In this document: one piece after another, positions 49,858 to 62,584 of the stretch
Position numbering within the stretch: the stretch's first letter is position 1
Layout: each line of letters begins with the position of its first letter
Assembly (NCBI GenBank): GCA_025603075.1
Contig: MU626280.1
Coordinates: forward strand, 1-64,000
Source of the DNA: Neoconidiobolus thromboides FSU 785
Taxonomy: Eukaryota > Fungi > Entomophthoromycota
Length of the DNA: 64,000 bases
Direction: 5' to 3'
The notes under the pieces: generated by a model
Databases searched by the model: none
What the model was told of the DNA's origin: nothing
The model's input: the letters and a program-made list of their open reading frames with translations, nothing else
Position numbers and translations under genes: made by a program

Positions 49858-51700
49858 ATGGATTACAAAGGTAATGGAAAAGAAAATAATGGAGCCCATG
49901 AGGATGGGCCTAGATCTAGTCATTATGGTGATTATGAAGAGAGTAAGTTAAAAAATTACATTCGCATTTAAATTTAATGAATACTAATTCATTATAGGAA
50001 ATCGTATGGGTTTAAGTAGTGTAGCTACTAAACCGGAACCTGAATCTCCTAAGGGTATTTCACAACCATCTCATCGAGAACCTTATCGTAATTCAAGTGT
50101 TAAATATGAAGAGAGAGAATCAAGGTTATCTAATAATCAAGAAGTTGAATCCACAAAAGGTAGCTTACATCAAAACCATAGAGAAGCTTATCGTGGTTTT
50201 GAAGGTGCTAAATATGAAGATAGAGAAGTTAGAGATCCCTATTTTAGATCCAGAGATAACAGAGAACGTGAACGCGGTAGAGATACTCGAGATTATGGAA
50301 GAAGAGAGCGACGTGAAAGGTCTCGTGAACGTCTATCAGGAAGAGTACGTCGCTCGAGTTCTCGAAATAGGGGTAGGGATATGACAAGGCATTTAGAAGA
50401 AGAACGAAGAGGACGTAGAGTATCAAGATCACGCTCAGCAAGAAGAGGAAAGTCAAGGTCTATTACTCCAATTCATAAGAAAAAACGTAAGCTTCAACTT
50501 TGGGATGTTCGACCAGCAGGTTATGAAGGTATGACGGCTGAAGAAGTTAAAGCTACTGGTCATTTTCCACTTCCTGGTCAAATTACTGCATTGAAATTGG
50601 CAGGTGCTTTGGGTGGTGCTGGTGACACTGGTTTTCCTACTCCATTTTCAGTCATTCCTAATGCTATCTCTGGTCAAGCAGCTCAAAATTTAGCTATTGT
50701 TCGTCAACAACGTCGAATCTATGTGGGTAATATCCCATTGGCTATAACAGAACCAGAAATTGCAGAATTTTTTAATACCGCAATGATTCAACTTCGATTA
50801 GCTAAAGAAGCTGGTAATCCGGTTTCTAGTGTATCTATTAATCATGATAAAAATTATGCTTTTGTTGAGTTTCGTAATCATGACGAAGCCACTGCTGCTA
50901 TGGCTTTTGATGGAGCTACTTTTCGTACTCAAGCACTTAAAATTCGTCGTCCTAAAGATTATGTACCACCTGATGGAGATGAAAAAGCTCCAATTGAACC
51001 CCATCGTATTGTGCCTGGTATTGTATCTACGAATGTACAAGATACGCCCAACAAAATCTTTATTGGTGGTATACCTGCATATTTCAACGAAGAACAAGTG
51101 ATGGAATTATTAAAAGCATTTGGTGAATTACGTTCATTCAATTTAGTTAAAGATATTACTACTGGTATTTCTAAAGGGTTTGCTTTTTGTGAATATATGG
51201 ATCCAAATATTACAGATTTAGCTTGTCAAGGATTAAATGGGATGGAAGTAGGTGATAAAAAAATAATGATGCAGAGAGCTAGTATTGGAGCGCCAAAAGC
51301 ACCAGTAGCACCAGTCACTGAAACAGCCCCACCAGCAGGAAGTACAGGAGCATCTGGATTAGGATTTTTTTCAGCTGGTACCACCGTACTTGAACCATCT
51401 GAAGTATTGATCTTTTTAAATATGGTCACTCCCGAAGACTTGGAAAACGATTTAGAATTTGAAGATATTAAAGGGGATATTAAAGATGAATGTGATAATT
51501 TTGGGAAAGTATTAGAATTTCAAATTCCAAGGGTTAAAGATGGGTTTAAGGAAGAGGCCGTGGGTAAAGTTTATGTTCGATTTCAAACTATTGATCAAGC
51601 CTCTAATGCGCTTAGAAATTTAACTGGTAGAAAGTTTTTAGATCGTACTGTGTTGGGTTCCTATTACTCAGTAGCTAAATTTGAGGAGGGGATTTATTAA
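49858..51700 (+). CDS. U2AF2: Splicing factor U2AF large subunit (exons 49858-49942 and 49998-51700)
   Basis: RS-rich N-terminus, LWDVRPAGYE ULM Trp, two RRMs (RRIYVGNIP, NKIFIGGIP) and C-terminal UHM. Upstream ATG at 49858 joins in frame across a GT-AG intron. Confidence 0.96.
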
Positions 51701-51987
51701 GTTGCAAATAAATATTTAAAAAAAAAGAATTTTTTATTCATTCTTTAATTCTATTTCTTTGATAAATAAAATAAAAGTGTAAAAATAAACAAAAAAACAA
51801 GAAAATAAAAATAAACTTATTTTAAAGTTTTAATAGTAGCAATATATAACTCATTAGGCCTTATCTAATAGCAAAGTTTACAAACTTCAATTTATTATGC
51901 TTGTTTTTTATATTTCTCTTGAAACTTTTTTAAAGTAATTGAAAACTAAGTAGAAATCAATTAATTTCTAATATTTTAATATACTAT

Positions 51988-54900
51988 TTAATAAAATATT
52001 GTTACCTGTTGTTTAAAACAATTATACATTTTCAATTCGGAAAATTTAATTTGATTTTGTAATTTATCCACTCTTTCCTTCACAAATAATAACTTCTCTT
52101 CAATTAAGTTAAAATCTTGAAATAGTCTTATATTTTCAATTATATTTAAACATCCATTTAATACTTTAAAATTCATACTTTGATTCAGTTGTTCCAAAAC
52201 AACATTCATCAACTTTTGATAATCTTTCATTAATTCCTTACTTGGAAAATGCGGGTTATCATGACAAGCTCTTATAGCATGGCTTGTGTTCCAACGTACC
52301 TACAAATAAGAAAGTTGAATAAATAAATAAAAAAGAATACAGTTTATTAATAATTATAAAATTACTTTTAATCCTCCAGAAGTTAAATTAGTAATAAAAC
52401 ATTCAATAGCTTGATTAAGCCATTGGTTTTGGTTTTCATTAATTAATTCTAAGTTACTTAATTTAATTATACCACCAAGGATTCGACTACCATTCCATTT
52501 TAACTAAATAATATAAATAATAAATCTAAATAATTCAAATAATAATAATTCAAATAATAATTCAAATAATAATAATGACTAAATAACAATTAAAATAATT
52601 TACCTTATCATTATCTTTCGAAGCCAAAATACCTACTTCAATAATCGAATAAAATAGCTCAATTTCCATAGGTAATTGCAAATGAATTGTTTTGTAATCT
52701 TCACTAATAATTAAAATAATTAAATTAAAATAATTAATAGTTACTATACTTACCAAATATTAATAAACCCATCTATAGTATTAGCTAAACACCAAGAAGC
52801 AGTAGCTTTGACTTCTACATATTCTGATTTGATACCTTTTAATGCTAATAATGTTGTATCATTTAAAAAAGTTAAATCCTAAGTAAAAAATATTAGTATA
52901 AAATGATTTTAATAAAAACATAATCAATAAATTATTACACTCTTTAATTCCTCAAAAGAAGCAAACTTTCCTAATGCTCTAAAAATACTACCATTTAAAG
53001 AAGTATTATCTTCAATATAAAATCCCAATAATAAGGTTATTAAAAACATTTTTCGTCCTGTCTATTAAACAATAAATACAATTAGATAAAACAAAATATT
53101 GAATATATATTGAATATAATATTACTTTCAATTGTTGGAATTCATCCATTTCGAATTGAGTTAATAACTCTGCCATTGTTGTTTTAACTTCAATACTGTC
53201 TAGTGTAGCCATGTAAGTTATATAATCGTCAATAATAATAATCCAAAATTCCATCAAATCATCCTTAATTTAAATTTAGATTTAAATTAATAAAATTAAT
53301 AAAATTAATAAATTATTTACTTTTTTCTCTTGTAATTTAAATAATTTAATACAAGAAATTAATAATTTAATACAAGCTTTATGAATTAAACTATTATTAT
53401 CTTGTTTTAATTGATCTGCTAAATTTAAACATAGATTCCATGGATATCTAAGATTATTTTTATTGAATTAATTATTTTAATTATAAATAGCAACTAATTC
53501 TAATAACTTTACAATTTTAATTCCATTAAACTACAGATACAAATAATAGCTTCATATCGAATAGCTTCATTGAATGTTAAATCTTTGATATCTGTTAATA
53601 ATAACTCAAGTATATTATCTGATGAATTAATCAATTTAGATTTCAATTCCATTGGATAATCACTTAGTAATAATATATTTAATGTATTATAATATTTAGC
53701 TCGAGTGGAAATATCTAAATTATATATTAAATATAAATTATTAATTAAATAACATATAAAAATTAAAATTAAAATTAATCTTTTTTAACCTACCTACACC
53801 CATTTTTAATTTATCTTGAAAAAATAAATAAATTTCTTCATTGATAATAAATCCTAATTTGTTATGATTACAATTTGAAAATAAGATTTGTAGGCACTAA
53901 ATAAAAATCAAATCAATAATAAATTTGATAATAAATTCTATTCTATTTTCTTACTTGATAGATTGGATTAATAATTTCACTATTGTTTTCCGTTCTAATA
54001 ATATTAAATAAAGCCAAATACAATTGTTTAATAACATGACCAATTTTATCGGATAAAGAAATAAAGGACATTTTATTAACTTCTCTATATATTCATAATA
54101 ATAAAATCAAGAACATTAATTATTATATTATTAAATCAAAATAATATTCATTAGTTTACCTATATATACCACTTGATAATATAACTTTTGAATGAAATAA
54201 TAGACAATTTAAATTCTCCAATGTAGCCTTACGTACTATAATGGATGTATCGTTACTTAATATCAATAATAAACTTTGTTCAAGCCAATAGTTTTCTAAT
54301 GGTAATAATAAAGACCAAAGATCTAATATGTTTGTTTTATTTCTCTAAATTAATTAATAAATTAATATCACTTATTATTATTTTATGTTATTTTGTTATT
54401 ACCTCAATAAATAAATTAGTTAATCGTTGACTTAATTCTCTTATTTCTTCTTCAATTAAACTAATGTTATATTATTAATTAAAAAGTAAATAACCAACTT
54501 AATGAGTTTAAACTTACTTAATTTCATTATGATTATTTTCTTTTATAACATCTAAATCAGATTCCGACGTAAATCTTCTATTGAAAAGACTGTTATCCTC
54601 CTTAACAGCATATTCGTTTGTTGAATATTTATCCAAATTATTATCTTATAATAAAAACAAATTAACAAATGAATAATAATATTAATAATATTTACTATGA
54701 TAATTTAAGCCCCAATCCCATAATTTTTTAATTATTAAAAATTCTTTCATTGTAAAACATTGTTTAGATAATTTTCGATCTTCTTTAAATAATAACAATA
54801 ATATATTTAAACTCACTCGAATTATCTAAAAATAACAAACATTTAATTTTTCAATTCATAAACTTCTCCCTTCATCTACTTACCTTATTCCTTTCCAATG

Positions 54901-55964
54901 AAATATGTGAATAATTTGATTCTGTAATCATTTCTTTACAAATAATACCTTTAATTAATAATAATATATTTTCAATTATATCTTGCTTTAGATTAGAAGA
55001 TAAATATTTGCTTGATAATTGCGAATAAAGTGTACTAATACAATTTAAACTAAATCTTAATATTTTTAATGAATTGGTTTTTTTTATAAATAATGAAGTG
55101 GGGTCTAACGTTTTCTTGATTGGTATTAATATAGCTTTAATTAAGGTTTCTTGTTGCTATCGGGTTAATTGATTAGTTATTAATTAAATATTGTTTAAAC
55201 AAACATTGAATGAAGATTACCTTATTACAATTAGCCCCTAAAATAAATAAATAACTTGATAATCCTCGAAATGTTTCTAATATTAATTTTTGAAATAATA
55301 AATTAATAAAATATTTATCATATAATTTTATAAATGATAAATTATCTGTTAAAAATTTTAATATAATATCAAAAATGTTAAGTTTGCTCGGAATTGCTTT
55401 ACTATTCGTTAATAATGAATGATCTTTATAATGAGGCTATAGGGATAATGATTAGTAATTGAAAGGAAAATAAAGTAATCAACTTACTAATATATCACAA
55501 GTAATTAAATAAATTATATCGGTTAATAATATTCGATTTTGTATTTGATTAATAATTGGTATTGTTATTTTTTTAAAATTATAATCCAAATTTAAATCTA
55601 ATTCATTTTTATTTAATATTGTTAAAAATTTTAATAAAAAACTCTTTAAATCAGTTGGTAATTCTACATTCCATTTTAATATCAATTTATCACAGATCAC
55701 ATCTGTTTTTTTAAATTCTAATTCACATGTTATATCTTGATACATTCCATTACTTCTACCTTAAATTATTATTAGTCAGTAAGTTTCTATTTATTAGAAA
55801 TAATATTAAATTTGTTTCAACAGCTTACCATTAACTATTTTATCAACAATTTCAATGCTACCTAACTCTTCTAAATTTAATGTCAATTCATTATTAAATA
55901 AAATAAAGGGGCCTAATTTAGGGTATTGGAATTCTTTTTTAATATTGTTTGTTGTTTTTGACAT
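51988..55964 (-). CDS. HEATR6: HEAT-repeat protein, HEATR6/DUF4042-like (about 15-17 introns)
   Basis: Motifs ASKDNDK...RALGK, GNLKVRWNTSHAI and NQSMNFKVL resemble HEATR6 DNDKV..NAVRALG, KVRWNAC and NFKVRI. Exact exon boundaries only partly resolved. Confidence 0.7.
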
Positions 55965-56329
55965 TATTTAAAAGAATAAAGAATATTTTTGAATATTTTT
56001 TTACTTTTTGAATATTTTTGAAATTATGTCTCAAACTGAAATTTCTAAAATACATTAACTAGTTAATTCAAGTTGAATTTGATAATCAATTTGCAATATT
56101 TTACTATAAATATAATAAACAAAGATAATTAAAATGACAATTTGATTTTATTAAATTATAAAATACTAAAGATATATACATCTAATCAATAGCAATAAGA
56201 GCTACTTTGAGTTCAACTCAAGAAAAAAACCCAACCATATTAACTGATTCTAGCCAATATTTGAAGTCGGCAGCCTTCAGAATAAATTGAGGTGACTTAA
56301 ATATAGTATAGAAAACGAACTAACAGTTG

Positions 56330-57608
56330 TTAAATATTGTGATGATTCTGGATTGCGGTTGGTGGCGTCAATGACAAAAAAGAATCAAATTGTAAAAACC
56401 TATTACCACTTCTTTGTGGCCTGGTCACCCTCTCTTCCTCTCTATTTCTATTTTTAGCTGGATAACTAAACTTACATAATGGACAAGTACAATGATTTTT
56501 TAGCCATTCATCAATACAATCTTGATGAAAATAATGTGAACAATTTAATTTTCTTATATTTTCACCTTCTTTAAATAAATCTAAACAAATGGTACAATGA
56601 TGCGAATCGACATGTTTAAACACTACTAAAGAACTACCATTACGGCTACATACGGTGAAAATAGACTCGACAGGAGAGGTCGCTCGACTATCGCTGGTTA
56701 CTGGACTGAAGGGAAGATCTAGTTGACCTTCTTCAGCTTCTTTTTCAGTACATGGTAAAAATTTTACTTTTCTTAATTTCATTTTTTCTAATTCTTCAGG
56801 TGCAATACCAATTTGTATAGGTGTATTTGGTGCGGAATATTGATAAAATCTTCCAGATAATAATAAGGTGATTAATAAAAAAATAGGGAATGCGATAGTC
56901 AAATAGTTTATGACTATTAATGCAAACGAAGTATAAAATAATGATGGAGAAGTAAATTGACATTCATTTTTGATAAAGACTAAATAATTGCCACATACAA
57001 TGATAGCTATGGTGAGGACATCAATGGCTAATTTTAAACTAAGAGTGAAAAATGGGTTAGACTTTTAAAAAACAAATTAATAGTGTTCTAACTTACAAAT
57101 CCAAAGTACGAATAAGTGTGGGTTTAAATAATTTTAACCCTCTATCAACGTAAAAAAAAAAGGCTAATATAATACTAAATCCTATTCGCGATACATAAAA
57201 ATAAAGAAAACTTCTTAATGGTATATCACAACTATCTTCATACGAATAAATTATTACAAAGATAACAGCACCTAACTATAGTAAAAAAAAAATCAATTAT
57301 TAATATCGTACTTATTGTAATACAAATTGAAGAATTACTTGCACCAAATTAAAAATATCAATAATAACCGATAATATTAGTGCATTGCTGATTAATGAAC
57401 GTCGCATTTGAAATAATACGTCCCAAAAGCTGGAAGACAAAGAAAATGGATCTGCTTCAATTCGTCGGTGAAACAGTGAGTTGGGACTCACTGTTATATC
57501 GTTTTGAATATTATTTGAGTAAATTTGAGTTGGTTCCTGAATCATTGTAATTTGTTGAGATAATGTTGAAGTGTTATTAGTACTTTGATCGTTTATTGAG
57601 TTAGTCAT
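56330..57608 (-). CDS. Multi-pass membrane RING-H2 E3 ubiquitin ligase (exons 57608-57339, 57285-57097, 57038-56330)
   Basis: CTICLDLFKEGENIRKLNCSHYFHQDCIDEWLKNHCTCPLCK RING-H2, preceded by several hydrophobic helices including SCDIPLRSFL. Confidence 0.88.
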
Positions 57609-58467
57609 AGCTAAGGTATGAATTGTAATTTAATGAAGTAAAAAAATAAAGCAATAAAAGAATAATAAAAGATAAAATCAAACAAGATCAAACAAAGTAG
57701 CAACTTTAAAGTATTAAAATTAGATATTAAATGGCATTTGTTTTTTAAACTTTTTAAATGTCTATTTTACTGCTATTTTAATGTATTTCAAACTATTTTG
57801 GTCACTTGAAATTACTCATTGAGAAGATTGATCCTCTAAATTAACCAACCAAAATTAAAGGCTGAATAAAAATGCAATGCTTATTTTTTAGGAGACTTTT
57901 ATATAAAACACATAATTTTTAGCTTTAAATTAACTGTTATCGTTTATTAGTTTAAATTTATAATATTACTACTTTATGTTTGTATTGTTTGATTCCTTTC
58001 TATTATTATATTGATAATAGTAATTGTTTAATAGATAAATATATAAATTAAATGAAAACTAGGATTCAAAAAATAATGAAATTATAAGTTTTATCTGAAA
58101 CCAATATTATTTAAACCTTGAAAATTTATTATCATTGGTATCTTTATAATTTGACTCATTTAAGTAGAAACAAACTAATATTACAACGTTTGTTTTGTTT
58201 TTAATAATAAATTGTTATCGAAATCTTAAACTATTATATTATTATAATATAAAAATAAGGTTTTATATTCACCATTATTTAAAATTATATGTTAATAATA
58301 GTTCCAAATTAATGCTAGTAGTTATTCAGATATGATAGAAAATTCAAATTCAAGTATTTTGAATTATTGCAGTATTTCCAAAGTTCGAATTTTAAATTTC
58401 CCAAAATTGCAATCCAGATTTTAAAAAATTTAAAAGTCAAAACTTAAACAACTATTCTTTGAAAAAA

Positions 58468-59319
58468 ATGGCATTATTTAAGTGTACAATAAGATCAATA
58501 GAAAACATAGGTTTAAGTAAATAAACACGATAAAATAAAATAAAAGGATATTAACCATTCTTGTAGCTTTAAATAGAACATTTCATTCCAATTCGATCAA
58601 TTTAGCTAGACATTCCAACAAAAGGTTAGGGAGGGCAGTATGTGAAGCACCAATCAAACCCGCTCCAAAGTCTGAATTTTTCAATTCGTTACCCAGCATT
58701 AAAAAAATGACACCAAAGGAACTTAACGAAGTAAATAAGAATAACAACACTTTTGATATTGAAAACATGAAAGTAGCTGAGTTGAAATTACAAAATAACA
58801 TAACTCAAGAAGAAGTTGAGTTTTTAAATGAAACAGTTCCAGAAGTGTTTGAAAACGAAGGTGCTTATAAAGCATTTCAAGCCGATACTTATAAGTCTCA
58901 AGCTAAATTAGTACTCCAAGCTAATTCTTTAGATACCGCTAACTCTCATGGTATCTTAGCTTATAATAAACAGCGATGTATTGAAAAATTTGGTAAAAAT
59001 CAAGCAGATACGGGTAGCCCAGAGGTTCAAGGTAATTTTTAAATAACAGAATTTTTAAGATTTGGATTTATTAAATTATTTATTAATTTTAGCTGCTATT
59101 TGGACTTTACGTATTCGTAATCTTGAACGTCATATGGTAGCTAACCATAAAGATGTAGCTAATCAAAGAGCATTAACTAAGCTTTATCATAAACGAGCTA
59201 AGATTTTAAAATATCTAAAACAACAAAATTTAGAACGTTATTTTGTTTGTTTAAAAACTTTGGGTGTTACTCAAGAAATGGTCGAAGGCGAAATTTCTAT
59301 TCGTCAAAAACATAATTAA
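58468..59319 (+). CDS. MRPS28: Mitochondrial ribosomal protein uS15m (exons 58468-58516, 58567-59031, 59093-59319)
   Basis: DTGSPEVQ...AIWTLRIRNLERHMVANHKDVANQRALTKLYHKRAKILKYLK S15 signature; N-terminal presequence-like MALFKCTIRSIENIGLTLNRTFHSN. MRPS28 is the yeast name (MRPS15 in animals). Confidence 0.92.
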
Positions 59320-59883
59320 AGTTATAGATCTTAACCATTATCTAGTGAGGATTTTTGTAAGTTTTTAGACATTATTACAAGTGATTTTTGGGTTTTTGTC
59401 GGTGATATTATTTTTACTTATTTAAGTTATTATTTATTGAATGAGGCTTGTTTTTACTTTTTCATTTTTTTTGTTTTATTTATCATAGCTAGTAAGATAT
59501 CTAGTATCGTTTTATATTCTGGTTTTAAAGATCTTATTTGTTTTTATAATTAATTCATAATTATAAGACAACTGATTATATTTGGTATCTTTGTAAAAGG
59601 TAATTAAATTATTTATAGGTTCCTTATAAGCTATATAGTTCACTATCTAATAGGTCATAATAAAATTCCTAAAATGATACTCAAATGACAAAACAATAGT
59701 ATAGATATTTAAGATTAAATATTATTACATATTTTTATTGTAATATACAAAGAAAAGTTAAGATGTGAAAACTATGTCAATAGGATTCGCAATAATTAAA
59801 GGGAAATAGGATTATTTAAACATGAATTACAATAAGAGCATTTAAATAAAATAGCTTAAAGCAATCATTATCGAATGTTTAAA

Positions 59884-60397
59884 TTACAAATAATACCTTA
59901 AAGCTTCCTAAAAAATGAGCAAACCAGCATTACCTTTTACTACTATACTTACCAATAAATCTGTTTCTTTTCTTATTAAAACATCAGTTTCGATTTTAGT
60001 TGTACTACCATCATTCCTCATTTCTTCTCTTAATTCGCTTGATCCTTTGACTATAAGAGTTTTTTTATAGAAATAATTGATAAAACTCAAAATAAAGCTA
60101 AAACTTACCCTTTTTTGAAGAATCCAAAAAAGTATCCAGGTCTTCATTTGAAATTGTTTTTCTTTTTTTTAAATAATTTGAAAACTCATCACCATCCTTT
60201 TCTTTTTTCTTTTTATTTCGTTTTTCTAAAAGTTGAATAGTATCTATTCAATATAATTAGCTATCAATCAATTAATAAAAAAATACTAAGCTACCAAAAA
60301 AGTGTTCAAAATCTTCATCAAAGTTGAGGATATGTTGTTTAACTTTCCTTTTGTTACAAGCTGTACCTTGGAAGTTAAAATTACGTACATGAAACAT
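59884..60397 (-). CDS. Small (~120 aa) basic/acidic hypothetical protein, 4 exons
   Basis: Three canonical GT-AG introns join one frame: MFHVRNFNFQGTACNKRKVKQHILNFDEDFEHFFDTIQLLEKRNKKKKEKDGDEFSNYLKKRKTISNEDLDTFLDSSKKVKGSSELREEMRNDGSTTKIETDVLIRKETDLLEALRYYL*. Confidence 0.65.
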
Positions 60398-60585
60398 GGC
60401 TATTCCCCAGTTAATAAAATTAGAAATTAAATTAGTCGAAAAATTAATCTTTTTATGATGCTACATTTTTAACAGGGAATGTGATTGGTTCTGCTATTTT
60501 TTGAAATTAAACAAATCATTTAAAATTATGAAAGATCAATTTAATTTTCTAAAAGTAGCATTCTAGTAAATTTAATTTCAATAGT

Positions 60586-62319
60586 ATGGCAGCTGTAGAA
60601 GTAGTACAAGATGAGGACCAGTTGATGTCATTAAAAGTGATGCGATTATCGCGACCAGAATTCGAAATTCGAAGTGATATTTATTTTGAAGTGGATGAAG
60701 AAAAAGGGGGCATTCCATTTTTACCTGGTTTATCACAACAAAAGGAAGTACATAATACCAACTTTGAACTTTCTCCAGTATTATCTTTACCCAACCCTTC
60801 TGATACTATTTACCTTGGTGAAACTTTCTCTTGTTATATCAGCGTGAATAATGAAACAGATAAAGTTTTACAACATATGACATTAAAGGTGGAACTACAA
60901 GCTACCTATAGGCATTTTTCTTTGGTGGATACTACAATTAATCCACAGGATATTTCGTCCAATGACTCAGCTCAGTTTATTGTTCATCATGAAGTTAAAG
61001 AGTTAGGTATGCATTTTCTTTTATGCTCAGTTCATTATGTTACAACGAATCAAGAAAGGAAGTTTTTCAAAAAGATCTATAAAATCAATGTATTAAATCC
61101 ATTAGCGGTTAAAACAAAAGCAAATAATTTAAAAGGAGGCGGTGCTGTTTTATTAGAAGTTCAAGTTCAAAACTTATCAACATCAACAATGTATTTGGAT
61201 AATATGAAATTTGAACCAAACTCGGTTTTTAATTACCATGACCTTAATTTTATATTTGATGATTCAAATAATGGCTTTGAAATTTCAGATAACTGTATTG
61301 AATCAAATAACGTTATAAGTTCTTCGCATGAAACCTCTCCTATAAAAAATTTGATAGATTCTAAAGAAATACACTGCTTAGAGTCAGAAAAATTAGAAAA
61401 CAATGAGATCTTAGAGTCTACAGAAGAGATAGATGATAAAATGAATAAAGGTATTGACAAAATTAAAGAGGCTTGGGAGATAGAACTCCCACCTTCTCCT
61501 ATTGAAGAAAATAAAGAAGTTAAATTGGAGCAGCAAGAAGTAGATACAGGAGCTGTTAATGAGCGAAATGAAGATAATGAAAATGAAATAAATGAAGAGA
61601 AGGAAATAATCAAAGAAAAGCAGAGCAGCGATAAAAAGGATGTAAGTACAGAACAACAACCAAGTGAGGAAAAGGAGTCGAGCGAAAAAAAAGAAACAAG
61701 CGATGACGTTAATGATGAAGCAGTTAATTCAACTCGAGTGAACGAAAGCGAAAAAAATAAAGTAGTGGAGACAGCACCCAACTCTAGAAAGGAACTATTT
61801 GGGAATTTAAATTATTTAAAACCAAAAGATGTTCGACAGTATTTATATAAACTTGAGCCTAAAGATCCAATTGATAATTCAGCTTACATTTCAAATGAAT
61901 TAGGTAAATTAGATATTATTTGGAAAACAAGTTTTGGAGGTTCTGGAAGGCTACAAACAAGTCAATTGACTAGAAGGGCACCTCAAATCGAAATAATTGA
62001 TTTAAAAGTAATTGAAGTTCAAAAACAAATTTATTTAGATTGTCCTTTCTTTGTTGAGTTAAAGTTGCAAAATAGAGGAGATAAAGTGATGCATATTGAA
62101 TTATCAACTGAAAGATTAAAAATGACGTCAATACTTTATAAGGGCGTATCACCAAGGGACCTTGGCCCAATTGCCCCTGGTGGATTAATCAATTTCAAAC
62201 TTGAATTTTTGCCTTTATCACCTGGGCCTCATAAACTTGGTGGGATTAAAATTATGGATATGTTTACGCATAATGTTGCTGAATTTGATCAAATTGCAGA
62301 GGTATTCATTTCAAATTGA
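60586..62319 (+). CDS. TRAPPC13: TRAPP complex subunit 13 (DUF974) with long acidic insertion
   Basis: LMSLKVMRLSRP, IYLGETFSCYISVNN, LEVQVQN, YLKPKDVRQYLYKL, LGKLDIIWKTSFGGSGRLQTSQL; intronless. Confidence 0.93.
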   Translation: MAAVEVVQDEDQLMSLKVMRLSRPEFEIRSDIYFEVDEEKGGIPFLPGLSQQKEVHNTNFELSPVLSLPNPSDTIYLGETFSCYISVNNETDKVLQHMTLKVELQATYRHFSLVDTTINPQDISSNDSAQFIVHHEVKELGMHFLLCSVHYVTTNQERKFFKKIYKINVLNPLAVKTKANNLKGGGAVLLEVQVQNLSTSTMYLDNMKFEPNSVFNYHDLNFIFDDSNNGFEISDNCIESNNVISSSHETSPIKNLIDSKEIHCLESEKLENNEILESTEEIDDKMNKGIDKIKEAWEIELPPSPIEENKEVKLEQQEVDTGAVNERNEDNENEINEEKEIIKEKQSSDKKDVSTEQQPSEEKESSEKKETSDDVNDEAVNSTRVNESEKNKVVETAPNSRKELFGNLNYLKPKDVRQYLYKLEPKDPIDNSAYISNELGKLDIIWKTSFGGSGRLQTSQLTRRAPQIEIIDLKVIEVQKQIYLDCPFFVELKLQNRGDKVMHIELSTERLKMTSILYKGVSPRDLGPIAPGGLINFKLEFLPLSPGPHKLGGIKIMDMFTHNVAEFDQIAEVFISN

Positions 62320-62584
62320 AAATATTTCAGTTTCATAAATTAGAAAAATGTTTACTCCTTTTATGTTATTTAATTTTAATAATTGGTAAATAAAACTAAT
62401 TTTTTAAATAATAATAAGTTCAAAAATGATTATTTTTATTTTTATAATCCTAAATCTTAATTAAAAGATTCAAGCATATAGAATATTAAATCATTAATAT
62501 CCATATCCAACTTTTGAAATAAATACTGGTTATCTTCCACAGCTTCAAAATGAGCAATAAAAACATAATATGTCAAATTCTTAT

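Noticed and set aside
61233-62170. Minus-strand ORFs inside TRAPPC13 (and those inside U2AF2, NHX1, POL1 and NPC2)
   Set aside because: Antisense shadows of well-supported genes.
62440-62580. ~40-codon open frame just past the CHL4 stop
   Set aside because: Different frame, no start codon or convincing splice donor; most likely 3' UTR.
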